Notes under the pieces: generated by a model
Told to the model about the DNA's origin: nothing
The model's database searches: none
The model's input: only the letters and a program-made list of their open reading frames with translations
Made by a program: the position numbers and the translations under genes
Assembly: GCF_001194135.2 (NCBI RefSeq)
Contig: NC_068982.1
Coordinates: forward strand, 57,780,514-57,844,513
Reading direction: 5' to 3'
Length of the DNA: 64,000 nt
Source of the DNA: Octopus bimaculoides
Lineage: Eukaryota
In this document: positions 10,901 through 23,936 of the stretch, in pieces
Position numbering within the stretch: position 1 is the stretch's first letter
Layout: the number at the start of each line of letters is the position of its first letter

Positions 10901-13065
10901 TCACAATTCACACGCACACATATATATATATACATATATACATGCATATATGTCTATATATATGTACGTGTGTGTGTGGGTGGGTGTATGAATGTGTATA
11001 TATATATATATATATATATATTTGTATGTATGTATGTAATGTATATTTGTGTTAATGGTTTGATTCAGGTTTGCATTCTTAAATGTTTCATGCACTCACA
11101 TATACATATTTATATAACTATCATCATTATCATCATCATCATCACCATATGTCTCCTATAAGTCTAGTGCAAGGAAGAACATAAAACGCAATATGAACAA
11201 ATGCCTTCATTCATAGAACATGTCCATCAATTACAGTCTGTCAATATCACAATGCATAAACAACCAAGATGAGAAAATCCAGCAAACAGTGTCAGTTTTA
11301 ATGCTGTTATATGCATCAATTATGCACTGTTGCATATGTTTAACATTCAACGTTTTCTCTACATACACCAACACTTTCCTGAGATGCCAGACATAAAAAT
11401 CTAGTGATATGAAACACAAGATTCACACTGGTCATTCCACATTACAATTATAAATTCATTATTTTCTCATGTAATTCACAAACATATATATTCAGAACTA
11501 TCATTATGTTTATGTTTGATTTGGTTTCAGTCATTAGACTGTGGCCATGCTAGAGCACCACCTTGAAGAATTCATAGCCAAATGTATTGACCCTAGTACT
11601 TATTTTTTTTTAAAGCCTGGTACTTATTCTATCGGTTTCTTTTGCCAAACCACTAAGTCACAGGGATGTAAATGTACCAGAACTAATTGTCAAGCGGTGG
11701 TGGTTGGGGAACAGACAGACACACACACACCCATACATGACAAGCTTCTTTTAGTTTCCATCTACCAAATCTACTCACAAGACTTTAGTAGAAGACACTT
11801 GCCCAAGGTTCGATGCAGTGGGACTGAAACCGGAACCATATGATTGAGAACTCTAAACCATGTGGACAGGAAGCAAGCTTCTTACCACACATCCACAGCT
11901 ATGCCTTTAAATTGCTTTTCCTTTTATACTTTTCTTGGTTTCCTTGACTGGGTTTTATCCAGACATCACCTTCAAGGGTCTTAGTAAATTAATTATATAT
12001 ATATATGAATTGGATGCAGGCTTGGCTGTGTGGTAAGGAACTTGCTTCCCAACCACATGGTTCTAGGTTCAGTCTCAGTGCATAGCACCTTGGGCAAGTG
12101 TCTTTTACTATAGCCTCGGGCTGACCAAAGCCTTGTGAGTGGATTTGGTAGATGGAAAATGAAAGAAGCCCATCGCATATATATATATGTGTGTGCATGT
12201 GTGTGTCTTTGTGTCTGTGTATGTCTCCTCACCATCGTTTCACGACTGATGCCGGTGTGTTTATGTCCCTGTAACTTAGTGGTTTGGCAAAAGAGACTGA
12301 TAGACTGATAGTAGTAGGCTTACAAAGAATGAGCCCTGGGGTCAATTTCTTTGACTAAAATACCCTTTAAGGTGGTGCTTCAGCATGGTTGGAGTGAAAA
12401 GACTGAAATCTCATCGTCGTTGTCGCTGCCGTTTGGGGAGAGAGAGAGTGACCAAAGGGAAAGAGAGAGAGAGAGTAGGAAGCAACAAAAGTGTATGTGA
12501 GAGCAGAAGAGAGATGGTGTAGTGCAAGAGTATACTAACAAGTAACAAGAATATGAGCATAGCACCTGGTTAGAAAAGTAGGGAGTGGGTGTGGGTGATG
12601 GCGGGGAGTGTGGGGAGCAGTGATAGAGTGAGCACAACAATGTGGGCAAGATAGCGGGTTGGAAAACAATCTTAAAGTATGAGGAGGAAATGTGAGGAAG
12701 AGAAAGATGCAATTAGAACAGGAGTTGTTGCCTGATATTTTAGGGTAGAGTGGTGAAAAGTGTGTTGTTACACGTAGGTGGGACACAACTCTTCTAGCAC
12801 TTAGTTTCGTGGACAGGTCTTCCCTAGTACCACATATCGCCAACATCTTGGTCCAAGTGCTATGAAATGGAATTTAACTTGGAATCACATGGTTGTGAAG
12901 TAAACTTCTCCGCCATGTAATCATACATGTTCCATATATCTTAATTTCACTAAATTTGCTTAATTTGAAGAAACAGAAATATTTTATTTTATACAGAACA
13001 TTTTATCTTCTCTAGAAAATCATTTACTCTTTTATATTTGCTGAAAATACAGAATTAATCTTTAC

Positions 13066-13227
13066 CTTTAATTTTATCTCCAAGTCCTTCTTACATTCTT
13101 GTAAGTTCGATACTTTTTTCTGTAGATCCTCAATACAAAATTTTCCTTCTAAGATTTGGCTGTCTTTTACTTCCTTCTCAAGTACCGATTTTTCCATCTG
13201 GAGTTTTTCATAGAGTCCTTGTATCTT
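13066..13227 (-). CDS. CNTLN: Probable centlein exon: KIQGLYEKLQMEKSVLEKEVKDSQILEGKFCIEDLQKKVSNLQECKKDLEIKLK
   Basis: Acceptor tatcttttgtag, donor AAG|gtaaag. 162 nt, phase 0 to 0, E/K/L/Q-rich coiled coil. Confidence 0.82.
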
Positions 13228-13245
13228 CTACAAAAGATAATTTTA

Positions 13246-13455
13246 CCCTTTAGCATTTAAATCAGCTAAAATATTCTACCCGTTTAACGTTCAAACTGGC
13301 TAGATCTAGCCTCTCACACCTACATTACAATGTCCTTCTAAAAATAGATAATCACAATATTGAAATCTTGGAGCTACAAGATAATCCATGATTAATTCGA
13401 AACAATGTGAATAAATAAGCATTACAGTTGACAGAATAATCTGAATGTTAAAGGG
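13246..13455. mobile_element. piggyBac-like MITE, about 210 bp
   Basis: TIRs ccctttagcatt / aatgttaaaggg with degenerate TTAA flanks. Confidence 0.75.
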
Positions 13456-14174
13456 TTTAATGAAATTAGTTATCCATTACCAATAAAAGAAAAAAATAAT
13501 TAAAATCTATGTATAATTTAAAAAAACCAATTTGAACGACTAACTTCCTTATAGAACACATGTTCATCTGTTGGAGCAACAAGGACCATTTAGTCATCCT
13601 TAAGAATGATTGATGATTTGTGAGGTAACTTTGTTTAAAGTAAAGAAGGGTCACACACTGTCAACATCACCCTCTCATCCATGACCATCTTTAATCTAGT
13701 GGCAAGACCAGGTCAAAATGACTGGAGATGGAGATAGATGCAGAGGATGACCAAGATGTCTTTCTTGCTTCACCATGCTCTCTGCACTCTACAATGCATT
13801 GCTGCAGTTACTGTCCTCCTCATTGAACTATGGAAGACCAGCAGATGCTCATGTATACCAGTCCCCTCTCTCCCCATCATTGATATTGTCGAAGAGAACG
13901 GAAAAATCTGATACAGTTTGGCACCAGTGATGTTGCAGCTCACTTCTACAACTGAGTGAACTGGAGTGTCATAAAATAAAGTGCTTTGCTCAAGAACACA
14001 ACACACAACCTGGTCTAGAAAGTGAACTCACAACCCTCACAGCTATAAACCTGCTGCTCTAACCACTGAGCCATGCACATTCACAGGAAGATTACAAGTG
14101 AATTGAACACTTATGAGAGATTACCTGATACAAAAAGCTTATTATGATCATAAAAATAAAATTATCAAACCAAC

Positions 14175-14306
14175 CTGAGAATGCTGACGTAATACTTTTA
14201 GTTTCTGATTTGCTAAAATTAGGTCAGTCTGCAATTGCTGAATGGTCTCTTTCATTTCAGTGGTGGACTTGAGGGCTGTACGACGATAATTCTTCAACAA
14301 CGATAT
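14175..14306 (-). CDS. CNTLN: Probable centlein exon: ISLLKNYRRTALKSTTEMKETIQQLQTDLILANQKLKVLRQHSQ
   Basis: Acceptor tatgttgcag, donor CAG|gttggt. 132 nt, phase 0 to 0, heptad-like coiled-coil sequence. Confidence 0.8.
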
Positions 14307-15347
14307 CTGCAACATATTTGTCAATAATCTTCATTGCATTCTAAAACATAAATTGTTAGCATGAATTATGTTTGACATATAAAAGAATATTGTGCGCCAC
14401 TAACCATAATTTGCACTAGGAGGCACTGAAGTCTCTGCTGGTTCTGTTATAACATTTGCTTGCTTGATTGCTTGCTTATTATGTATTATCTCAGGTTTCA
14501 TGGGAACTACTGAAGTTTAAAAATTCTACATATTTATTCAATATTTTATTTTGCTTAGGAGCAAAATAAAGTATTATTTTGTACTGGTTTTCCAAAATTT
14601 TACTTTTCCATTTCACCAGTTTATTTGGATACTAAGTGTGAGACTCATCTCTATCCAACTAGACAGGTGAGCCACAAATTTTAAAGGGAAAAAAGCTACG
14701 TAAAACCAGTCAGATGGCAAATGAAATGCAACAGAGATATGTTCATACATATATAAAATTTCATAGTAACACAATTTCTTTCAGATATTAGTGGTTATAA
14801 TATAAGTTAGTAGAACAAAATCTAGTCAAACACTAATCACATATGCAAATATGTTCATATATAGAGGTACACAAAAACACATTTTTATTCAAATATCGGT
14901 GACTATAATATAGCTAGTAGTGCAAGGCATATTCAAATACAAACCAGATATCCCTCTCTCTCTTTCGGAGAGGCACAAGCACATACACAGACATAAACAC
15001 ACACGGCAGTAACTTCCGCCCACCAAATTCAATCACAAGGCTTAAAATGTATATACATATGCGCAGCGCTATTCGTGTGGCAAGTTTCTACAGCCGAATG
15101 CCCTTCCTGCCGCCAACTCCCACCTGTTGCCAAGCGAGGTAGTTTTTTCCCTCTCTCTCTTTCAGAGAGGCACAGTATGTAAGTATAATAGTTTGATGTT
15201 CTAAATAAATGAAAAAAAAACTAACCCTATATGTAAAGAAGTAAATTTCCTTGATTTGATTCGTGAATGTTTTAGCTAATGTTGTGTGAGAAGTATATTT
15301 CTTCTTATTTAATGAAATTAAGGTGTGCTATTTATTGAACATATCAA

Positions 15348-15384
<37 letters not shown>

Positions 15385-16989
15385 CATATTCTCTTTGGTA
15401 AGTGCTTAACACCTTTTGTACCAATCCACCTGAACCTGCCCCTGGTTCTATGATACAAACTCACTCTGTTAACAGGTGTGAGCCCCAAAATTTCAAACAA
15501 ATCTCTTTTTAAATTTATCTTCCTTCCTGAGCCACTTTTATCTGTCTCACCTTCCCCTGTCTCCATACAAGTATTTTCCATCAATTACACCTCTACATTT
15601 GTTCAGCACTTGTAACATTCAGCCCGATCCTATCTCCAACCATCTGTTACTCTCCTCTCACACTCTCATGAACCTACCTACCTTCTCCACACTCCTTTTG
15701 ATCCATTGTCTGTATCTTCTCTTATGTCCACCTTCTTGTACTTTGAGAATTTGCACTACTCCACCATCACTACCATCTTCACTGTCTTTCCAGCTACTCC
15801 CATATAATACAAATAGGGGGTAGTCATGTATCTCCTTAACAGCAAGACACCTGTGCTTGTCCCACTGTCATACTTCAGTCTCTCAATTCTTGGAATAAAA
15901 TGCTACCTCCTTCCCTCTCTCTCTCTCTTTTAAATACTCCCTACATGTAGTTGAGGGGGGTTTTCCCTGTTCTTTTCCTGTCATGCACAAGTTACTCAAC
16001 AGCTCCCCTAGTGCTGTTGGCATGGCATTAGGAAGGGCATTCAGCTATACAAAACCATGCCAAAGCTGACATTAGAGTCTGACACAACCCTGCAGCTTGC
16101 CAGATCCTATCAATCGGTCCAACCCATGCCAGCATGGAAAACAGATGTTAAATGGTGAAGATGATGATGATAATGATGAAGATAGCAATAAATGTGCAGG
16201 GCAGGGAATTGGCAAGTTGTTAAAATATTGGATAGAATGCCTTGTGGTATTTGTCCTGGCTATTTCTAATGTAAGTTCAAACTTTGCCTTTTATTTTTCT
16301 GGCATCAATAAATAAAGCAACTAAGGCAGCAAGCTGGCAGAATGGTTAGCAGAATGGACGAAATACCTAGTGACACCTTGTCTGTCTTCATGTTCTGAGT
16401 TTAAATGCTGCCTGGGACGACTTTGCCTTTTATCCTTTTGGGATCAATAAAAGAAGTACCAGTTGAGCACTGGGGTTGATCTAACAGACTTAGCCACTCC
16501 CCTCAAAACTGCTGGCCTTGAACCAAAATTTGAAACCAATAATACAAGTCTTTCATCGTTGGTCATCTTGATCAGGGCTGATTCAAAATTAAATAACAAC
16601 ATTAGTATTTCACAAACAATTAAGATAGAGAAGCATCTTGGCTAAATGCACTCACGTGTGAGATAACTGTTCAGTATCAATTGCAGGTTTAAGTTTTTGC
16701 ATAAGCACTCCATTTTAGCTCAATGCATGTTATATTACTTACACAGCATAACCCAAAACAGGAGTTCCATGTCATCCTTCAACCTGAGAGAAAGAGCAAC
16801 CAAATTTCTACCAAATCTCACCAGACTGTCTTTCAAATAAAGGACATGTTTTATAATGATCTTAATACACATATATAAAAAATGTGTTGGTCATGGTTGG
16901 AGAGATATTAGGTTTAAGCAACAGCTAAAAACTAAATCAGCAAACTATTCTGTTAGTTATGGATAAATACCACAGATGCTCAGAAAACA

Positions 16990-18000
16990 GATTCCATCAC
17001 ACTCCAGTGGAAGAAACTAGAAGTAGTTGATAGCTTCTGCTGCCTAAGTGACCAAATTAGTAGTGGGGGTGGATGCTCAGAGAGTGTTACCACTAGAATA
17101 AGGATAGCGTGGGCAAAGTTTAGAAAGCTTTTACCACTACTGGTGACAAAGGGCTTCTTGCTCTGAGAGAAAGGTAGATTGTACGATGCATGTGTGCGAA
17201 CTGCCATGCTTTACGGCAGTGAAACATGGGCCGTGACTGCGGAGGACATGTGTAGGCTCGAAAAAAATGAAGCTAGCATGATCCGCTGGATGTGTAATGT
17301 CAGTGTGCACACATGACAGAGTGTAAATGCCCTGAGAGAAATGTTGGACATAAGAAGCATAAGATGTGATGTGCAAGAGAGACGTTTGCACTGGTATGAT
17401 CATGTACTACAGATGGATGAGGAGAGATGTGTGAAGAAGTACCACTCCCAAACAGTTGAAGGAATCCGGAGTAGAAGTAGACCCAGGAAGACATGGGATG
17501 AGGTGGTCAAGCATGACCTTTGAAAGTTGGGCCTCACAGAGGCAATGATGAAAGACCGAGACCTCTGGAGATATGCTGTGACTGCGAAGACCCAGCAAAT
17601 AAAATGAGTTTATTGCTGTATCCTACACCAGCTTTGCATAACCAACCCCAGCCCATTCAAAAGTACCTTTGATCGTAGGGCAACATGCTGTGCTTGAAGA
17701 GACCTATTGAGTCAAGTACATCAACATCAAAATGAAAATCAAATGGAAATTGTAGTTGTAATACCCATGCCGGAGGCACGTAAAAAGCACCATCCAAACG
17801 TGGCCGATGCCAGTGCCGTAAAAAATACCAGCTGATCGTGACTGTTACCAACCATCTCTGGCCCCTGTGCCAGTGGCATGTAAAAAGCACCCACTACACT
17901 CATGGAGTGGTTGGCTTTAGGAAGGGCATCCAGCTGTAGAAACACTGTCAGATCAGACTGGAGCCTGGTGCAGCCTCCAGGCTTCCCAGTAGTGGATTGC
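16990..18000 (+). mobile_element. RTE LINE 3' fragment, degraded
   Basis: Translates EKLEVVDSFC...SGGGCSESV..RIRIAWAKFRKLLPLL...RPRKTWDEVVKHDL with stops, followed by the family 3' UTR. Confidence 0.9.
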
Positions 18001-18393
18001 TCTTCTCTGCACATTTTTTATCCTGTGCTACTGTGATCCACATGAAGGATCAGTATTCAGTTGCTTGAAGTTGACTTTAACTATATCTTTGTATCTGAGT
18101 CAGAATTTATCCTAATTTCTCTTACTGCTAGCCAGCTGTGTATATAGTATTTACATAGATACTATATAGAAATTCATTTATTCATTTACTTGTTTCAGTC
18201 ATTTGACAGTGGCCATGCTAGAGTACTGCGTTTTTTTCAAACAAATCAACCCCAGGACTTATTCTTTGTAAGCCTAGTACTTATTCTATCAGTCATTTTA
18301 GTCAAACCAATAAGTTATGGGGGCGTAAACACACCAACATCGGTTGTCAAGCGATGGAGGGGAGACAGCACAGACACACACACAAATAGATAG

Positions 18394-18424
<31 letters not shown>

Positions 18425-18429
18425 GGGGG

Positions 18430-18640
18430 AGAATTCACAAACCCCCCCCACCAAAAAAAATGAAGACAGGTGGTGTAGAAAACAAACAGATGTATTAGTA
18501 TAACGCTCGGGAAGTGAAAAAGTCTTTAACGTTTTGAGCCTACGCTCTTCCACAGAAAGGAACACAGAAAGAAACAAGGAGAGAAACAAGGAAAGAAAAA
18601 AAGGAGAGAAAAAAATAATGTGTAGTGGCTAGCGACCTAT
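18430..18640 (-). mobile_element. Short repeat homologous to 23040-23200, with a hammerhead-like motif
   Basis: Minus strand cctttctgtggaagagcgtaggctcaaaacgttaaagac...atactaatacatctgtttgttttctacaccacctgtc. Confidence 0.6.
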
Positions 18641-19245
18641 CATGGCGAATGATAGATATATATGTATATATACGATGGGCTTCTTTTAGTTTCCGTCTAC
18701 CAAATCCACTCACAAGGGTTTGGTCGGCCCGAGGCTATAGTAGAAGACACTTGCCCAAGGCACCATACAGTGGGAGTGAACCTGGAGTCATGAGGTTGGG
18801 AAGCAAACTTCTTACCACACAGCCATGCTGCGCCTATACAAAAACACAAGGTGTCTACCACTTCAAAATATGAAGGGCATATTTTATAATGAAGTAAGAT
18901 ATACTCTGCTTTAAACTATTACTGGATGGTCATAGCTGGACTACATTTGACTATAGATCTGCTTAATTAAAACTAGTCAAAAGGGAAGCTACATAATAGC
19001 AGCATAATAATTCTTTCTTATTTTGGCACAAAGCCAACAATTCTGAGCAGAGGGGAAAGTCGATTACATCAACCCCAGTGTTCAACTGGTACTTATTTTA
19101 TCGACCTCTGAAAGGACGAAAGGCAAAGTTGACCTTGGCAGAGTTTGAACTGAGTAAAAGCATCAAAAGCATAAGAAATTTTTTTTTAAAAATCACATAC
19201 ATACACATACTCACAAAATATAGTTTATGTAAAGAATATATTTAC

Positions 19246-19379
19246 CTGTTTGAGTAATTCTGAAAGTCGTGGTTTTTCATTTTTCCCAAAACGTCGGTTG
19301 CTATTCCCTGGTCTGAAGGTATACCCTGTTTTGTTGGTCGTAAATGATATTGGTGATGTGCTGGTATCTCGCAAATACA
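19246..19379 (-). CDS. CNTLN: Probable centlein exon: (V)YLRDTSTSPISFTTNKTGYTFRPGNSNRRFGKNEKPRLSELLKQ
   Basis: Acceptor tttgtccttaccag, donor CAG|gtaaat. 134 nt, phase 1 to 0, in frame with both neighbours. Confidence 0.78.
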
Positions 19380-21604
19380 CTGGTAAGGACAAAAGATGTT
19401 TTGAATTTTAGTATCAATAAAGCAATTTCTTCTTCATAAATCAATTTCTAACATCGACTTGTATGTGTCACCTTTATTTAGGATTGTCAACAGAATGTAA
19501 CTTCTCAATAGCTGTTGATATGTTTGAAAGTGTATCTATAATAATAAATGTGAAATTCTGTCCATCTGGGACCCCTATATCTCAGTCTACATTTGCTTTA
19601 CATAGACATATTATATCTTTTCAGAATCAGGATAATCTTGAGATTGAAAATCAGCCCTTCATTTAGTACTTGAATATCTAGTATTGGGATCTGATTTAAA
19701 AGCATTTGAGTTGCTGATTCACACCATCTTTGTCAGGAGATAAATGATATTCGCTTCATTAATTTTACATTGAGATAAGAACTTTGAGACAAATTGGCCA
19801 ACAATTGGAATTCAAACTGAGACTGGAACAATAGAATGATTGCATTACAGAATTAATTCTCATCCGTCTTTAACCTCTGATCAAACATCACCAGGGCATA
19901 CAATCATTATAGATGTATTACAGTCATACTATTTAGCTCTCTTCAGTTTTGTGCAGTAGGCCCAATTAGCCCTCCACAGGAGCTAGCTTAAAAATCCACT
20001 TGAAGTGCGGCTTTTAAGCTAGATAGTAAATAAAATGATCACTTAAATTGAATGGAACTTGTGGAAGAAGGAGACCCAGGAAGACATGGGACAAAGTATT
20101 GAAGGCTGATCTCAAGACACTAAGCTTTATGAAGGAGACGACTAAGGACTTAGATATCTGGTGCATTGTTGAACTGAAGAAGACCTGTCCCTGACAGCAG
20201 AATTGATACCAGTGATGGTGCTACATTAAAAGCACCGGGTACACTCTGTGGAGTTGTTGGCATTTGGAAAGGGCATCCAGCTGTAGAAACTATGCCAGAA
20301 CAGACAATGGAGCCTGGGGCAGCCCCTCGCCTTATCAGCTCCAGTTAAACCATCCAACTCATGCCAACATGGTAAAATGGACACTAAATGATGATGATGA
20401 TGATATTGTTGTTGTAGGTGTAAGTATGGCTATGTGGTTAAATTCACTTTCCAACTATTTGGTTTTTGGTTCAGTCCCATTGCATGTCACTAGGGCTCAT
20501 AAGCTGGGAGATTATTACACAGGTGGGAATTGGTGCCAAGAAGTGCATATGGCCATAGAAACCTCTACCCCAAAGTACCATCATCTGATCCAGGTAAGTA
20601 TGGAAAAGTAGACATTAAAACAATGATGATGATGATGATAATGACAATCTAGGAATGACCATCTCATTTTCTTTTCTCAAGCATAATGTATCTAGGGTTT
20701 CACTATCTATTGTGTCCTTCATTTTAATACAGAAGAATATGATATGAGCAAGATCTGGCTGCTTTTCTTTTTTTTGCAGCTTGAGGGATACGAAAGTCCA
20801 GAGAGAGAGAATTGTTTACACATTGTAATTTCTTGAATTACATTTGACTGCATGCTTTATGTATGTGTATGCAGAGGAAAAGTATTTGTAATAAAAGAGG
20901 GAGCCTCTAGTATAATTCCATTTGCATTTTAAGAAGTGATGGTCCCAACTGGTAAGTTTGATCATATAACATTGCTGATCAGGATTGGCCTGGAGCTAAC
21001 TACAGCAACAACAGATACTCATTGGAGACAAAACCTATCTATAGTTATAGATTTAAAATGAGGGGAAAAATGTATGTCATTTAAAATTCTGTAGAAATTA
21101 TACAAATCTGAATGGACAAGGCAAAATAGAGATGTTATTGGAGAGATTAGCTGTGGTTTTTTTCTAGCACATAAAGCTTGACCTAATAGTTTTGACCAAT
21201 CAACTCACAAGGATTAAGCCTTTAGCATTCAGATTACTCTGTCAAATGTAATCTTTCGAAACTCCCAGCCCTTGAGTTATTCTGTTGTTTCTGCTAGGTA
21301 TTAATAAAAATATACTAATATTCATATTTTGAGTTCTATATTTCCAATTTGCCTCTCATTACCTGTATATGACAAGCTTCTTTCAGTTTCTGACCACCTA
21401 GTCCACTCACAAAGCTTTGGTCAGCTTGAGACAAGAGAGTAGAAGACACTTGCCTAAGATGAACTACGAGGCTGGGAAGCAAGCTTCTTACCATACAGTA
21501 AATGAAAGAAAATGAAATGAAGCAAATACCACTACTCTCCACAAAGAAATTAATAATGCCACTAATTTATAGAGTCACTTTTTGAACAACTGGACTGAGT
21601 TTAC

Positions 21605-21788
21605 CTTTTTGTATGGGCACTTGAGGTTTGGATCCGATAACATTTTCACCAGATTCTGAATAGTTTCTTTTGCACTGTGTAGCACTGGTTTTTCGATTGC
21701 GGCTTTCATATCTGTGTTTAGGATGCTTCAACCGTGAAACTTTGCCTAGAGCTCTGGCACCACCCTTTACGTAGCTATGTACCACCAC
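21605..21788 (-). CDS. CNTLN: Probable centlein exon: VVVHSYVKGGARALGKVSRLKHPKHRYESRNRKTSATQCKRNYSESGENVIGSKPQVPIQK(V)
   Basis: Inside ORF 21567..21800. Acceptor tttgttcag, donor AAG|gtaaac. 184 nt, phase 0 to 1. Confidence 0.75.
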
Positions 21789-23039
21789 CTGAACAAACAT
21801 TGAGAAATAAATCTTAGAGAAAAAATTAGACTGTTTTACATGTCAAAACTCTATTAATCTCTTCAAACACACACATAAGCATATATGTGTGTATGTTTAT
21901 GTGAGTGTATGTATGTGTGTATATTTTGCTGAATCAGCCACTGAATCACATGGTAAATACTATACACTGATAGTTGAGATTTACTAAACCATCTAGTGAC
22001 AGAGTAATCATCACTGGTGAGCTTTTAATTCAAAGCGAAACTAGACTAGTATGATGGTCTTGCACACTGTGGGGGAAGTTATCTCCCCTGTCAGTGCACA
22101 GACTTGTGCCTCCTATGGCTATAAGGGCTTTTAGCTCTTATTTCTAGCAATGTACCATCAGTTACAATTAGTGACAAGTGAATTTTTCCTTCTTGGTTTT
22201 ATATTGTGGACAGTCATCTTCATTTTTTTTATATATGTGTGTGTGTGTGTGTGTATCATTCTCATCATTATCCTTTTAATGTTCACTTCTCCATGCAAGC
22301 ATAGGTTGGATGCAGTTTATCTATGGCTGGATGCCCTTACCTGTTTTCAAGTAAGATAATCATTCTCCATGGCAAGAAATGCTCTCACAGAATATTGAAA
22401 ATGAATGACACCGATAGTATTTCAGTGACAATCATTTTACAACTATCATAAAATGTGAAGACAAGAAGACCAAACACACACNNNNNNNNNNNNNNNNNNN
22501 NNNNNNNNNNNNNNNNNNNNNNNNNNNNNNNNNNNNNNNNNNNNNNNNNNNNNNNNNNNNNNNNNNNNNNNNNNNNNNNNNNNNNNNNNNNNNNNNNNNN
22601 NNNNNNNNNNNNNNNNNNNNNNNNNNNNNNNNNNNNNNNNNNNNNNNNNNNNNNNNNNNNNNNNNNNNNNNNNNNNNNNNNNNNNNNNNNNNNNNNNNNN
22701 NNNNNNNNNNNNNNNNNNNNNNNNNNNNNNNNNNNNNNNNNNNNNNNNNNNNNNNNNNNNNNNNNNNNNNNNNNNNNNNNNNNNNNNNNNNNNNNNNNNN
22801 NNNNNNNNNNNNNNNNNNNNNNNNNNTATATATATATATATATATATATATATCATATATTAGATAGATAAATGACAAGATTCTTGCAGCTTCCATCTAC
22901 AAAATTCACTCAGTTACCCTAGGTTTCACACAATGCAATGGGAGCTGAAACCACATGTTTGGGAAGCGAACTTCTTAATCACATATATAACGTGTGTGTG
23001 TGCATATGTGTGTGTATACATGCATACACACATATATGT

Positions 23040-23200
23040 ATGTAGTTTTTCTCCTTATTTTCTCCGTATTCTTTCTGTTGAAGAGCGTAGCTCGAAACGT
23101 TAAAGACTTTCCGTATTCTCGAGCGTCATACTAATACATCCTTTTGTTGTTTACACCACCTGTCCTCGTCTGTTGTTGTTTTTTTTTTGTACATTCTCTC
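23040..23200 (+). mobile_element. Short Penelope-derived-type repeat with a hammerhead-like motif
   Basis: tctttctgttgaagagcgtagctcgaaacgttaaagac...atactaatacatcc...tacaccacctgtc; reverse-complement homolog of 18430-18640. Confidence 0.6.
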
Positions 23201-23260
23201 ATATATATATATATGTTCATTATTAGCAACAAGAGCAGTATTTGTTCAAAATTACCAATA

Positions 23261-23675
23261 TGTATACCTACTTAAAGTGTGTATATGCTGAAAGCTTTAC
23301 TAAACAGTGGCATTTATCTTGAGGAGACATGTAGTGTTGAAAAATACAGAAACAAATCAGTAGCAGATACAGGTCAACTAGTATTCATGGAGAAATTGCT
23401 GTATCTGAACTTCACCTTATCAGCTTCATCAGTAGCAAATAAGCACATCATCTCATGCCATGCGAACATTGGTCACTAGCTGATAGAGTTTAACAATGAT
23501 TGAAAAGTCACTGGTGTCGCATATAGCAGGAAACTTCACAATCACTTCTGGACAGCCACTGCCTGCTGCTAATATTGTTTCGCTTTTAACACTATATGTC
23601 TATAAGAGATACTTTCTTGAAATGAATACATTTTAGTAAGGCTTTCAGCATATACAAACTTTAAGTATGTATACA
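23261..23675. mobile_element. MITE with about 45 bp TIRs
   Basis: tgtatacctacttaaagtgtgtatatgctgaaagctttactaaa versus tttagtaaggctttcagcatatacaaactttaagtatgtataca. Confidence 0.75.
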
Positions 23676-23936
23676 AAACTAATCTATCTATCTATCTATC
23701 TGTGTGTGTGTGTGTGTGTGTGTACACAATTTCCTGGATTCCAGTGAATCAAGTACTTGACTGAGTTTGGGTTAGAGTCATATAGCACTATGTACTTGTT
23801 CTTGAGAAGTTCTAATTGTTAATTCTTACCTGTATTCACCTGATGAAAATGGTATTTTTTTTTTTTTGTTGCATGATATAACACCTCTACGCATCATTAA
23901 AAAACAAATCTGAAACAGCTGTCATTATTGTTTATA

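Noticed and set aside
23824-23845. Minus-strand 10-nt unit ttttcatcag|gtgaatacag|gtaaga
   Set aside because: It would frameshift between two phase-0 exons and has a weak pyrimidine tract.
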